DNA from: Octopus vulgaris
Lineage: Eukaryota
NCBI GenBank assembly: GCA_951406725.2
Contig: OX597817.1
Span: forward strand, 146,630,001 to 146,694,000
Reading direction: 5' to 3'
DNA length: 64,000 nucleotides
Under the pieces are notes generated by a model that saw only the letters and a list, made by a program, of their open reading frames with translations, was not told the origin of the DNA and did no database searches. A program made the translations under genes and the position numbers. Below are positions 49,776 to 61,479 of this stretch, in pieces; the stretch's first letter is position 1; each line of letters starts with the position of its first letter.

Positions 49776-50059
49776 TTCCCTTTCTGAATATGTGCGGCTG
49801 ACAAGTTTTGAAAGGTATTACCCGCCTCCCACTACCCTAGAATCCTAGCAAATACCTTTTGAAATTTAGCAATAACAGTTTACGTCGAGAGTTCAAATTC
49901 TATAAAGTGGATCCAAGTGCTGCATAAGAACAGAGGATCATTTTAGTGATTGGCTTTTGTCTGCTACAAGAGTCCTCCAGGGTTGCTTGCTCTCTCCGAT
50001 ATTTTTTGCCTTGGTCAAGGACTGGGTGCTCAAAAGTGCAACTCAAGACAAGAGAGTAA

Positions 50060-50695
50060 AAACCCACAGACCTTGATTTTTACCGATGACATTGCTGCCC
50101 TTGCTGAAAACACTCATAAACTGCTGTTCCTCATAGATAAGATTGGCTCATCAGTAACCAGACCAGGGCTTCAAATCAACGTCAACAAACATCTGCATCA
50201 AGCTGAATGTGGTAGAAGTGGTCGATGATTTCACCTACCTTGGAATCCCCATCAACAGGAATGGACTACAGAATAAGCAAAACATCAGCTGCATTCAACC
50301 AGCTTGGAAAGATCTGGAGGAGCAAAAATTATCCCCAAGGACAAAGACGAGATTCTACAACAGTAATGTACTGACAACTCTATTTTGTGGGTGCGAAATG
50401 TGGCAGATGGAAATCAATTAAGAAAAGAGATTGGATGCCTTTGACAACAGATGTATATGTAAAATTCTTGGTATCAAATGGAATGACTTTGTCATCAACC
50501 AAGAAGTGAAGCAAAGAGCCAACCAACAACCTTTCTCTAACTTTCTGTGAAATTGCCGTCTGAGTTGGCGGGTCACGTAATACGATTCCTACATGAAAAA
50601 CTCGCCAAACAAACCATTCATTGGAAAACCTATGGAAAGAGACAAAGTTGACTCCCACAGAAGAAATGACACCAAACGATCAACAGGGACATGAT
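50060..50695 (+). pseudogene. Decayed RTE-clade reverse transcriptase fragment
   Basis: FTDDIAAL..GLQIN..EVVDDFTYLG..KTRFYNSNVLTTLFCGCEMW..LDAFDNRCICKILGIKWND, spread across frameshifts. Confidence 0.82.
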
Positions 50696-51067
50696 GTGGA
50701 AGCACTCCGTCGGTTACGACGACGAGGGTTCCGGTTGATCCGAATCAACGGAACAGCCTGCTCGTGAAATTAACGTGTAAGTGGCTGAGCACTCCACAGA
50801 CACGTGTACCCTTAACGTAGTTCTCGGGGATATTCAGCGTGACACAGAGAGTGACAAGGCCGGCCCTTTGAAATACAGGTACAACAGAAACAGGAAGTAA
50901 GAGTGAGAGAAAGTTGTGGTGAAAGAGTACAGCAGGGATCACCACCATCCCCTGCCGGAGCCTCGTGGAGCTTTAGGTGTTTTCGCTCAATAAACACTCA
51001 CAACGCCCGGTCTGGGAATCGAAACCGCGAGTCTGCTGCCCTAACCACTGGGCCATTGCGCCTCCAC
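50696..51067 (-). mobile_element. tRNA-derived SINE, family D, with a 13-bp TSD, inserted in the RTE fragment
   Basis: ACAGGGACATGAT at 50683-50695 and 51068-51080; head gtggaggcgcaatggcccagtggttagg..ggtttcgattccc. Confidence 0.9.
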
Positions 51068-52331
51068 ACAGGGACATGATATTGATCGACCAAACAGTGA
51101 CTAATGCATTGCGAGGAACTGCAATCTCTGGTATACTTTGACTGATTCATGCATCTCAAGACGCGAGAGCCGCTAAGTCTAAGTAAGTTGAAATTCTGTC
51201 AAAAAATTCATATTTCAATGAATAGGAAGTAGAGGGTGTCAGTAAAATATACACCAGTAATATACAGTGATATCTCGCAGTATGAGTTTAATTCATTCCA
51301 TGACTGATCTCATCTTACGATTTACTCGTTTTACAAATCAATTTTTCCCATTGAAATTAACCAAAATATTATTAATCCGTTGCAACCCCACCTTAAAACC
51401 ACTCAAAAATAGCTTTTTAAGGGTCTTAAAGCAGAAAAGGTGTAGTTACAAGTAAAATGACAATTATAAAAAAGAGAATGCAAAAGAAATATGTAAAGTG
51501 GTTTTATTAACTGAATTACCTTAAAGATGGGATGATTTGTGTGCTCGTACTTCAAGACAAAAATACGCACGAGTCTCGGTTTGTACAGCAAATTACTCGT
51601 AGAACGGGGCACTCGTACTGCGAGGTTCTACTGTACTTAAGTTAATCGATTAAGCCGTTTAGAGAAAGTTTTACCAATCATTTGGTGAGGAATGTCATGT
51701 TTGAAACTATTTTCTGTTGAGATATTTCAGCTTAATTGTGGCAACGTGACTTGTAGAAAATACCAATTCTATTTACTTGGCAGATATCTAATATCATTAA
51801 TTTTCTCACCCAATTGTGTGTTTTAGAAATATTTTTTGCTGCTAAGGGAAGTAATTCAGAACAATTTAACAAGAGTACAGTCCCTTGAATACGCTCGCGT
51901 ACAACTAGTATGGTTGAATAGTTAAAAAGTCCACCGTGCAGCAGAGAAGGTCCCGTGGTTCGATCTCCCTGCAAATTACCGTAGATCAGTTTATTTAGTT
52001 TATTGTAATAACAGCCGTCCGAGCCACCCACAGCAGCCTTTTTCTCTGAAATGGAGAAGTGTTGAGTGACCGAACAGCAAGAAAAGGTAACATGAAATAA
52101 TACGCTGCAGGACGGAGTGAGGTCAGTCAGAGTAACGGTGAGGTACGACATGGAACGGGAATAAAGAAGACAGTTTAGATGTTTCGGAAATAAAAATAGA
52201 TATTCTCTCAGAATTTGATTCGTCGATCGTGCATATACACTGCTTAAAATTGTGACCTGGATCATTTTTGCGAAGTTATGGTTTTGGACTTATATATACA
52301 CAGAGACAGATACACACAAGCGCGCGCACGT

Positions 52332-52414
<83 letters not shown>

Positions 52415-52645
52415 TACATACACGCACATATAAATAGAAAACTCAAATTCATATCTTTGAAACCAGAACGTGCGTGTGTATGTATGAGCTTATGTGTATT
52501 CGTATGTGTACTTATGCATCTGCGTATGTATTTGTGTGAATATGTGTGTGTCTCCCTATATAAACATACATACTCGCACATACACATATATACGTACGTG
52601 TAGGTGTATATTTTTTATTGTCTCTCCCTGTTTATTTCTGTGTTC

Positions 52646-52681
52646 CTTTCTGTCGAAGAGCGTCGGCTCGAAACGTAAAAG
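52646..52681 (+). ncRNA. Minimal type-I hammerhead-like motif with non-canonical core CUGUCGA (family H2)
   Basis: CUUU-CUGUCGA-A-GAGC-GUCG-GCUC-GAAA-CG-UA-AAAG. Confidence 0.55.
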
Positions 52682-52880
52682 ACTTTCTCACCTTCCCGTG
52701 CGTTAAACTAAAACACCTGTTTGTTGTTTACACATCCGTCTTCGTCTTTTTTTGTAAATTTTCACTATATGTATACTTATCACATGACCGACCAGGTTTT
52801 CAGAGGTTGTTACACATCGCTGGTCACAATGCGTTTTTGCATTGTTTTCGCCTTCAAATGACGCCACCCCGCTGGCTATA

Positions 52881-52918
<38 letters not shown>

Positions 52919-52930
52919 CCACCCCGCTGG

Positions 52931-52981
<51 letters not shown>

Positions 52982-53890
52982 AGATCCTCGACACCAACTC
53001 CCGCTATACAACAGGGATGATCGCAGATATTTCCTAAAGATCCAAATTGAACGTTGAAAACTACCTACAGTAATTTGGTTTCGTCATTAGGCTCGATGTT
53101 TGGATCCCGCAAAAATTAAATGGGGCTAACCTCACCCAACGAAGTGTATTAATATTTATGCGTATATGCGGATGTGCGTGTGAGTGCGTGTGTTAGTGTT
53201 AGACACTGCTGCCTGTACTAATATGTCTATAAGCAATACGATGACAGACATGCACTCTCCAATATTGGGGAGATGTGTAAGGGTGTATTCATGTGTGTGT
53301 GAGTCTCTTTGTGGATATATGGGTTTAGGGTTAGATGTGTATGTGTATGTTTTGCTTGTACGGCGTGGTGGAGGTCGGGCGGTTCTCAATTGACCAACCG
53401 TGAGGAAGATAATGATAATTTTAAATTCAAATCCAATAGTATATTTATGCCATAAGGAAAATTAGTAACTGGAACACGGACATACATATATTCTGCTCTG
53501 GATCATAATGTAAGAGTTATTAATAATGCTATGAATGATAACAATGATAACATTAATTGTATTGACAACGATAATGATACTAACTTTAATGACACTTTGG
53601 AAACTATTATGAAGCAATATAATGTACTATTGACTATGTATATTTACATCTAGATATTAATTTGTGTATGTTTATTATCACAATATTAAGTGGAAAAACT
53701 GAGGCATTTGGTGTGGAACACATATATATGTTTACTAATTTATATTATTTATTTATATCATTATGTAAATGTATATTTTTTTATATGTATAGGAGTGTAA
53801 GTATATACACTCATATATATATATATGTTGTATTGTGGGTACGCACCCACACTCATGTGGGTATATGTGTAGACTGTGTTATATTACATA

Positions 53891-54017
53891 ATCTCCGAAG
53901 AGGCCTTGTGATATTTTTGTTAATGTCTCATTTATATCTATATATTGACCAACCATAAAGGGCTAATATTGGTAAAATGAGACATAATTATCGACATGGC
54001 CGAAACAGCTGTAAGAT
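53891..54017 (+). ncRNA. Type-I hammerhead motif with ~100-nt stem II (family H3) in a Penelope-like terminal repeat (~53890-54425)
   Basis: AUCU-CCGAAGA-GGCC..GGCC-GAAA-CAGCUG-UA-AGAU. Confidence 0.65.
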
Positions 54018-54512
54018 CTAATGTATGCTTATATTTATATTTACTTGTATTTATATTCTTTTTTGTATATATTATAATTATTATACAACATTACTCTTTT
54101 ATGTACACTTTTTTATGTACATTCCATTATGTACAGTGATTTGTTCTGCTTTTTATATTTAACCCTACAGTCTCTTATGTGGTGGTTTAATAAAGTATGT
54201 GATGGAGTATTATCTGGTAATAGATGTTTGATTTAGATGTGTTTCTCCATTTTCTTATCTTGTATTAGTAATTTGTGGTAAATCATTTTACCTTTGCCCA
54301 TATAATACAGTAAATGAATTGATTGCATCACAATCATTAACATTTATGTATTAACTTTGTTGGGTACTTCACTAGCAGTATATTGGATCTACGTTATCCC
54401 ATAGAGGGTTGCATTTACAACCCCTATCTCAATTTGCATATATATATATATATTCCAATAATACTATATTTGTTCCACGTCCTCGCGTTGTTGTGTTTTC
54501 TTGTTTGGATTA

Positions 54513-54569
<57 letters not shown>

Positions 54570-55190
54570 GAAAGAATGGAGTCGAACGAAGATGTTAACA
54601 AAATTCCTTTACTCTCGACATATGTTTCGAAGACAACATGTTTTCATTCCAAAGGAATAAAGGGTGCATTATGCAGATCTTCCCTTTTCTGGGGAAAGGA
54701 GCCGTTTACGCGTGATTTCGATGCCACATTCGTTGAAAGCAAGCGAAATAACCTTAAAAAAACCCTACGAAACAAAACTCTGTTGCTGGGAAACTCAGTA
54801 AATATATGAAGCATTATTACTGTTAAAAACAATAATAATGAGGTGGCTAGCAAGACTTCTACCTAAACAGGTATAATATGTACAGTAACTTCTTGAAATG
54901 AACATTATGTAATAAATTTTCATTGTAGACGTTTTTCTGTTTTAAAACACTGTATCTTGATTGATTTATGTAAGGTGGCCGAAAACTTATGCACGGCCAG
55001 TTTTGGTGGTCGTCTCGCATCTTCCTCTCTCATTCAGAACCCCTTGTACAAAATATAATGATTAGGTATGGAAATGACTCCAACGGGGCCAATGCTTCAT
55101 CTGTAAGAAACGCAATGCGAAACATCCACTTATAAAGTTGGCAATTAGGAGAAATTTACAATAGTTTTAAGTGGCCGAAAGAGTTAATCG

Positions 55191-55942
55191 GTGCCTGAAA
55201 GGGTTAAAGTGACTGCAGCCGCCTACTGCAACCTCCTGAAGGAGGTCTTGGATCCCTGGCTAGACGACATACTGCTGTCACTTTTAAGGACTCTCGTATT
55301 CATGCATGACAACACTCCCTCCCACTCTGCTAGGACCACCCAAACATTACTGGGGTCTTACGGTATACAAGATAAAAGGTTGATGGTGTGGCCGCCAGCG
55401 TGTCCGGATCTCAACCCTATCGAAAATCTTTGGTCCATCATTAAACGAGATGTTTATGCCGATGGACGCCAATTTACGTCGAAAGATGTCTTACGGGCGA
55501 CCATTAAAGCTGCAGCACAGACAGTCCAATCTGCTATTATTAAGAAATTGACAGATTCCATGACTAATAGGGTTTTTGATGTTATCCGTCGAACTGGCGC
55601 TCATGTGGCTAAATAATTCATTATGTCGACAAATGTTATAATATTATTATGGTATTCTGTTAAATATATACTCAATGTATGCTAAATATGTATCATTATC
55701 TTTCATATTCTGAAAAAAAAAATGTCTAGACGGGCTCTTTTCATTCTAAAGCTATTAGAGTGGTTCACCCCAAAACTGAAGAACCTGAAATAAAAAAAAG
55801 GGCGTTGCGCAGAATAATGAAAACATAATAATGGTGTTGCGATAGTATGCAAACCAGCTCGGAAAAGTTGTATCAAAATCGATTCACAGAAAACCGAGAA
55901 ATCCTAAATTTTACTCCTAAGCTATTAGCGTGGTTCTGGGTG
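55191..55942 (+). mobile_element. Tc1-like DD37E transposon, 3' half (transposase C-terminus 55191-55616 plus terminal region)
   Basis: FMHDNTPSH..WPPACPDLNPIENLW with 37 residues between the second D and the E; direct repeats gctattag(a/c)gtggttc at 55751 and 55921; ends at a TA. Confidence 0.85.
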
Positions 55943-55954
55943 TATATATATATA

Positions 55955-56385
55955 GGTGCAAGAGTGGCTGCGTGGTAAGTAGCTTGCTATCCAACCACAT
56001 GGTTCCGGGTTCAGTCCCACTGCATGGCACCTTGGGCAAGTGTCTTCTACTATAGCCTTCTACTATAGTCTTCTACTATCGTCTTCTACTATAGCCTTGT
56101 GTGTGGATTTGGTAGACGGAAACTGAAAGAAGCCCGTCGTATATATGTATATATATATATATATATGCGTGTGTGTGTTTGTGTGTCTGCGTTTGTCCCC
56201 CTAGCATTGTTTGACAACCGATGCTAGTATGTTTCTGTCCCCGTTACTTAGCGGTTCGGCAAAAGAGACCTATAGAATAAGTACTGGAGTTACAAAAGAG
56301 TAAGTCCCGGGGTCGAGTTGCTCGATTAAAGGCGGTGCTTCAGCATGGCCGCAGTCAAATGACTGAAACAAGTAAAAGAGTAAAA
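55955..56385 (+). mobile_element. Full-length tRNA-derived SINE, family A
   Basis: A-box tggctgcgtggt, B-box gggttcagtccc, CORE-like accttgggcaagtg, internal (TA)/(TG) tract, tail cagcatggccgcagtcaaatgactgaaac. Confidence 0.9.
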
Positions 56386-57030
56386 TCCAAATTGAGGGAG
56401 TGGAACAGGTAAAATCCAGATTACATGTTTCCTAGCTAGCAGATCGTCTGATGTAATAATTACTCCACGAATGCTACGCTACTCACCAGGCCGAAGATAT
56501 CTTAATTATATGAAGAAGGTTTCATTGTCGTCAACTCGCAGGAGATGTAATTAGGAATGAGTGGCGAGGCCGGAAGAACAGAGTAAAATACCAGATATAA
56601 AAAAAATGAAGAAACAAAACATTCAGTAAGTAAAAAAAGTGAAGGAAGAGTCTAATATTTGGAAGTGAGGAATTGTCTAAAGTTGTTAAGAATAAAGAAG
56701 AGGAGGGAGGAAAGAAGCGGGATTTAGTGCAGATAGATGCTGACTTTAAGGGAAAGGTCGTTCCCCTAAAGTCAGCATCCATCTTTCCTAATAAAAGAAT
56801 ATATATGTTCAACAGCAGACAACTCTGAGTGCCCCGGGTAGTGTATGCGCATGTGTGTGGTATGGTGGGGGTGTGGTGGCGGTGGTGGTTGTATGTGTGT
56901 ACGAGTATACAACAGACAACTTTGAAAGAAAATCTAGCTAATTACAACCTCCAATCATTTATCTTATGAAAACTAAATCATACGTCTAGCCTTAAACTCT
57001 TTCATTCTGCTCTCAAAAGGAATCCGATTC

Positions 57031-57390
57031 GTTAGTAACATAATCTATATTGCGATAGTTACCACAAATAGTACAAAACCAGCTATAGCCATACATATAA
57101 GTTTAACTGCTAAGACGTTAAAATCAAGGTACCATCAACATACGCACACATTTAACACGAAGAGAAAAACCACGGCATCACCACTTCCTAAATATATATG
57201 ATTACTGAAGTCGAAAAATGCTCCCATGGCATTAATTGGAAACTATTGACTTATACTCAACCTTACCAACAAAAAGCAAACCTTGCCAATCGTTGAATCC
57301 AATCAAATTCTCTTCTCTGAAACTCAACTACTCTACTGCGACTCCAAATTAGTCTCTCCTTGCAAACAGTAAATCTTTAAGCTTTAAGAT
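57031..57390 (+). pseudogene. Decayed GIY-YIG endonuclease of a Penelope-like element
   Basis: VSNIIYIAIVTT..IHISLTAKTLKSRYHQHTHTF..LPKYI*LLK../INWKLL..QPY../ESNQILF..SKLVSPCK resembles the PLE pattern NIIY..YIGLT..FK.RY..H..F..LSKYIW.LK..I.WKI...PY..EK..IL..ELVS.C. Confidence 0.72.
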
Positions 57391-57931
57391 ATTTCAAACC
57401 TATAAATTTCTACTACAGCCAATTAAGATAATTACTTTTCCCCTGTCCTCTCTTTAAAATAATCCTAAATACAATAAGTAACTTCCCTGCTGAAAACTGG
57501 CCCTCCAGCTATCCCTACAATGTAAAGCTACATTCAATACAGTTATCTACAAATTCATACAGGTATCCACAAAAAGATTCTACATAACTAACTTTAATGA
57601 GTCAACCACTTATGGGACACATGGTTCGTATACACATGTTCGTTTACGTGTTTACACACATTTCCCCTCAGTGCCTCTATGTGTGTACATGCGTTATCAG
57701 CTTTGTCCTTTGCGCGTGCATACAACTGGGCACACAGACGAGCAAACGATACACACAAGGGCTCGAGCACTAAAAATATGTGCGCGCGTGGGTATCGACA
57801 TATATTATTGTATTGGCTGTGAATATCTGTTAAGGTACAAATGATTATGCAGAAAAATACAAAATATATGTATGTACTTAAGAGTGCATGCATCGTTTAA
57901 GTGATCGTAAGCACACATACACACACGCACA

Positions 57932-58004
<73 letters not shown>

Positions 58005-58225
58005 GCACACACATACGCACACACAAATGTACGCATACATACGCGCACACACTTACACTCATAGGTTTCATGGATAATAAGAGGAACTTTTTAATTCTTT
58101 CTCTTTCAATGTTGCCATACCACTTCAATTTTCAACACATATGCACGCATATATATCCAGCCATTGTCATGATCGACCGCTAGCCACTAAAGCTTCTTTT
58201 ATTCTCTCTCTATTTTATCGTGTTC

Positions 58226-58261
58226 CTTTCTGTTGAAGAGCGTAGGCTCGAAACGTAAAAG
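58226..58261 (+). ncRNA. Second family-H2 hammerhead-like motif (core CUGUUGA)
   Basis: CUUU-CUGUUGA-A-GAGC-GUAG-GCUC-GAAA-CG-UA-AAAG, inside a ~150-bp repeat shared with 52610-52770. Confidence 0.55.
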
Positions 58262-58343
58262 ACTTTCTCACCTTCCCGAGCGTTAAACTATTACACCTGT
58301 TTGTTGTTTATACACCTGTCTTCGTCTTTTGTTTTTTGAAAAT

Positions 58344-58411
<68 letters not shown>

Positions 58412-58420
<9 letters not shown>

Positions 58421-58708
58421 ATCACGAGACCGACCAGACCATCAGATGTTTTACACATCGCTGGCCACAATGCGTTCGCATTGTTTTAGCCTTCGAATAT
58501 CGCCACCCCGCTGGCTAAGCGAGCAGGCCAACAGAAGAGTGAGAGAAAGAGTGGTGAAAGAGTATAGCAGAGATCACCACCCCCTGCCGGTGCATCATGG
58601 AGCTTTTAGGTGTTTTCGCTCAATAAACACTCACAACACCCGGTCTGGGAATCAAAACCGCGATCCTACGACCACGAGTCCGCTGCCCTAACCACTAGGC
58701 CATTGCAC

Positions 58709-58712
<4 letters not shown>
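58412..58712 (-). mobile_element. tRNA-derived SINE with the family-D head and a different 3' part
   Basis: Head homologous to 50900-51067; its 3' part also occurs at 52780-52878. Confidence 0.78.
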
Positions 58713-58807
<95 letters not shown>

Positions 58808-59028
58808 AATATATATTATTATTGATAACCATATTTCATCCCAGTAAATAGCCGCAATATCTTATTCTGGCAGCACGCTGGTGGGAGGAGGATGGTGACA
58901 CATACTGTCATTCACACTTTGAATTTGGTGGTACTGGTCACGGCTTACGCTCGCTCTGATACCATGAGTTGAGGTGATGTCTTCTAGTGCCTCCAAATTT
59001 AATACACAATTATCTATAATTGTAGAGT

Positions 59029-59119
59029 CCTACACTGAGGAGAAAAGTAGTCGGGTAAGACATAATTATTTAATTTTTATGCTTTCCTATGACTTAATTT
59101 CGAAACGTACGTTCGTAGG
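59029..59119 (+). ncRNA. Type-I hammerhead motif with canonical core and extended stem II (H4)
   Basis: CCUACA-CUGAGGA-GAAA..UUUC-GAAA-CGUACG-UU-CGUAGG. Confidence 0.7.
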
Positions 59120-59302
59120 TGACTTAATATAGAATGATTGTCGTCATTTCTTTCTCTTTTACCTGCGTTGTTTGCCTTTTAAGTGCTGTGGTTTTACTGA
59201 GATCTCTCTTTTAAGTAGAAAGAATAGCCATAACTCTTTGACTGCTATTTCTAAATTCGGTGTGTGGTGAGGCAAATCGTTGCTAAACCCTTAATTACTT
59301 AG

Positions 59303-59343
<41 letters not shown>

Positions 59344-59362
59344 GTATAGAGGTGCATGTGTA

Positions 59363-59409
<47 letters not shown>

Positions 59410-59695
59410 ACATGTATGTATATAAATGTATATATCATATGTATACATGAACATATGTAAATGATTGTATGTGTGAGGTGATGGTGGTGTAAATCTATAT
59501 GATCATGGGTGTGAGTATATATATATATCAAAGTACAAATGAGGATATAAACTGCGGAAGGATAAAAATATCCAAGATTAGACTGGTTGAATAACTACCA
59601 AAGCAGGCACACATATATAGTATTATTAATATTATACAAAACAAGAGAGAAGATGAGATAAGATTAATAAAAGTTTATTAACATTGACAAGACCA

Positions 59696-59806
59696 GACCT
59701 ACAATTGTTTCAATTCATGACTTTCAATATAAAAATGAACCAAGTTTAATTTAATTTAACTAAATTAATTTGGTTAATTATCACAATTGAGAATATCTTC
59801 AGGAAA
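59696..59806 (-). ncRNA. Type-I hammerhead motif with long stem II and weak stem I (H5)
   Basis: Reverse complement UUUC-CUGAAGA-UAUUC..GAAUU-GAAA-CAAUUG-UA-GGUC. Confidence 0.5.
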
Positions 59807-59991
59807 GGATGTACAAAGAAATTGATCATATTTTAAACAAAATGAAAACATAAGAACAGGAAGAATACGATATACCATTATAGTTAAAAATATACACACA
59901 GTTATAAAAAATATAGTTAATCATAAATTAATATAAATAATGTTAATGCAGACATACTCATGCAAAAATACGAGTATATATAAAATATATT

Positions 59992-60460
59992 TTGAGTTGT
60001 CCGGAAAGTTTGTGCCGATTTTTAAAGGAAAGAAAAAGGTCAATAAATATTTGCCATTACATTTTTAATCAACCCAATATGAACCATTTTGTTGCACAAT
60101 GCGTCTCCATCTTCCCAGAATTGAGGTGGTTTCATGGCAAAGAATTCATCAAGGTATCCTTTTACGTCATCCAAGGAATTGAAATTTTTACCATTAAGAC
60201 TATTCTGCAGAGACCTGAATAAGTGGAAATCCAAAGGAGCAATATCTGGTGAATATTGAGGGTGGTGTAACATATCCCAGCCGAGCTGCAGCAATTTTTG
60301 TCTGGTTTCCAAAGAAACGTGCGGTCTTGCATTATCATGTTGGAAAACAACAGCCTTCCTGTTGGCCAATTCTGGACGTTTCTCTTGAATTGCTGCTTTT
60401 AACTCGTCCAGTTGTGTGCAGCATTTCTCAGAATTAATTGTCTGGTTACTTGGGAGAAGA
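59992..60460 (-). mobile_element. mariner (DD34D) transposon, 3' fragment
   Basis: FQHDNARPH..HPQYSPDIAPLDFHLFRSLQN with 34-residue D-D spacing; TIR-like ttgagttgtccggaaagtttgtgccgattt at 59992. Confidence 0.88.
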
Positions 60461-60597
60461 TTACATCTCTCGTAACTATTTGTCTATATTGTATCGTAGT
60501 ATACGGTATATTGGAATCTACTATAATATGTATTGTGAAGTGAAGATTACACTGAATCTAATATTATTATTATTTTTATGATTATTATTATTATTAA

Positions 60598-60673
<76 letters not shown>

Positions 60674-60990
60674 AATAAATATAATAATAATAACAACAAC
60701 AATAATAATAATAATAATAATAATAAAGTATTGTATGTGTATTCATGAATATGGATGTATGTGTATGTTCCAGTATATATGTATATATATGTATATGATT
60801 AATTATCTATATGCTTGTACAGATGTTTAATTGTGCCTATTTATGTATTTATGTACATGTATAGGTGTATATATTTTGCTTATGTATATATGTTTGTGCA
60901 TGTATATATGGATATATATTTATATTTATATATTAAACTGTATGTGTATCCTGTTTCATGTATATATTTAAATTTTGAAAGTACTTTATA

Positions 60991-61112
60991 ATCTCTGACG
61001 AGGCCTATGGATCTATATAAGGACCCCATTTTTAACTGCCTACAACCTCAATATAATTGACAAGTATAGGCACAGAAAATTACTTTTTTCCATAGGCTGA
61101 AACAGCTGTAAG
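60991..61112 (+). ncRNA. Second family-H3 hammerhead motif, in a Penelope-like terminal repeat (to ~61478)
   Basis: CU-CUGACGA-GGCCUAUGG..CCAUAGGCU-GAAA-CAGCUG-UA-AG; downstream 61285-61478 is homologous to 54238-54424. Confidence 0.68.
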
Positions 61113-61479
61113 TGGTTTTAATGATTCTAACAATTTATATTAATGTTCTTTTAATAACTATTTGTATTCTTATCTTAAATGTATTGAATTTCATACTGTA
61201 TATATATATGTTATTATGGTTGTAGTTTTGTTAATGAAATAAGACAACATTCTAATATCATAAAGCTGATAAACCAACTAATGTGTTTCTCCATTTTCTT
61301 ATTTGTATTATAAATTAATGGTAAAATATTTCTTTACCTTCACTCATTTAATACACTGAGTTTACTGCATTGCAATTAAAAACACTTGTGTATTAATAAT
61401 TTGTGTAGTATACCAACGGTATATTGGATACGCATTATCCCCTAGAGGGTTGAATCCACAACCCGTAAAATATCAAGTC

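Noticed and set aside
52252-53057. HT/VC/IY-repeat ORFs here and at 15.0-15.8, 33.5-33.8, 44.7-45.0 and 57.8-59.5 kb
   Set aside because: Microsatellite read-through, not genes.
60563-60830. Poly-Leu/Ile ORF and self-complementary (TTA/TTG)n-(AAT/AAC)n tract
   Set aside because: Compound trinucleotide microsatellite with no evidence of coding or structural function.
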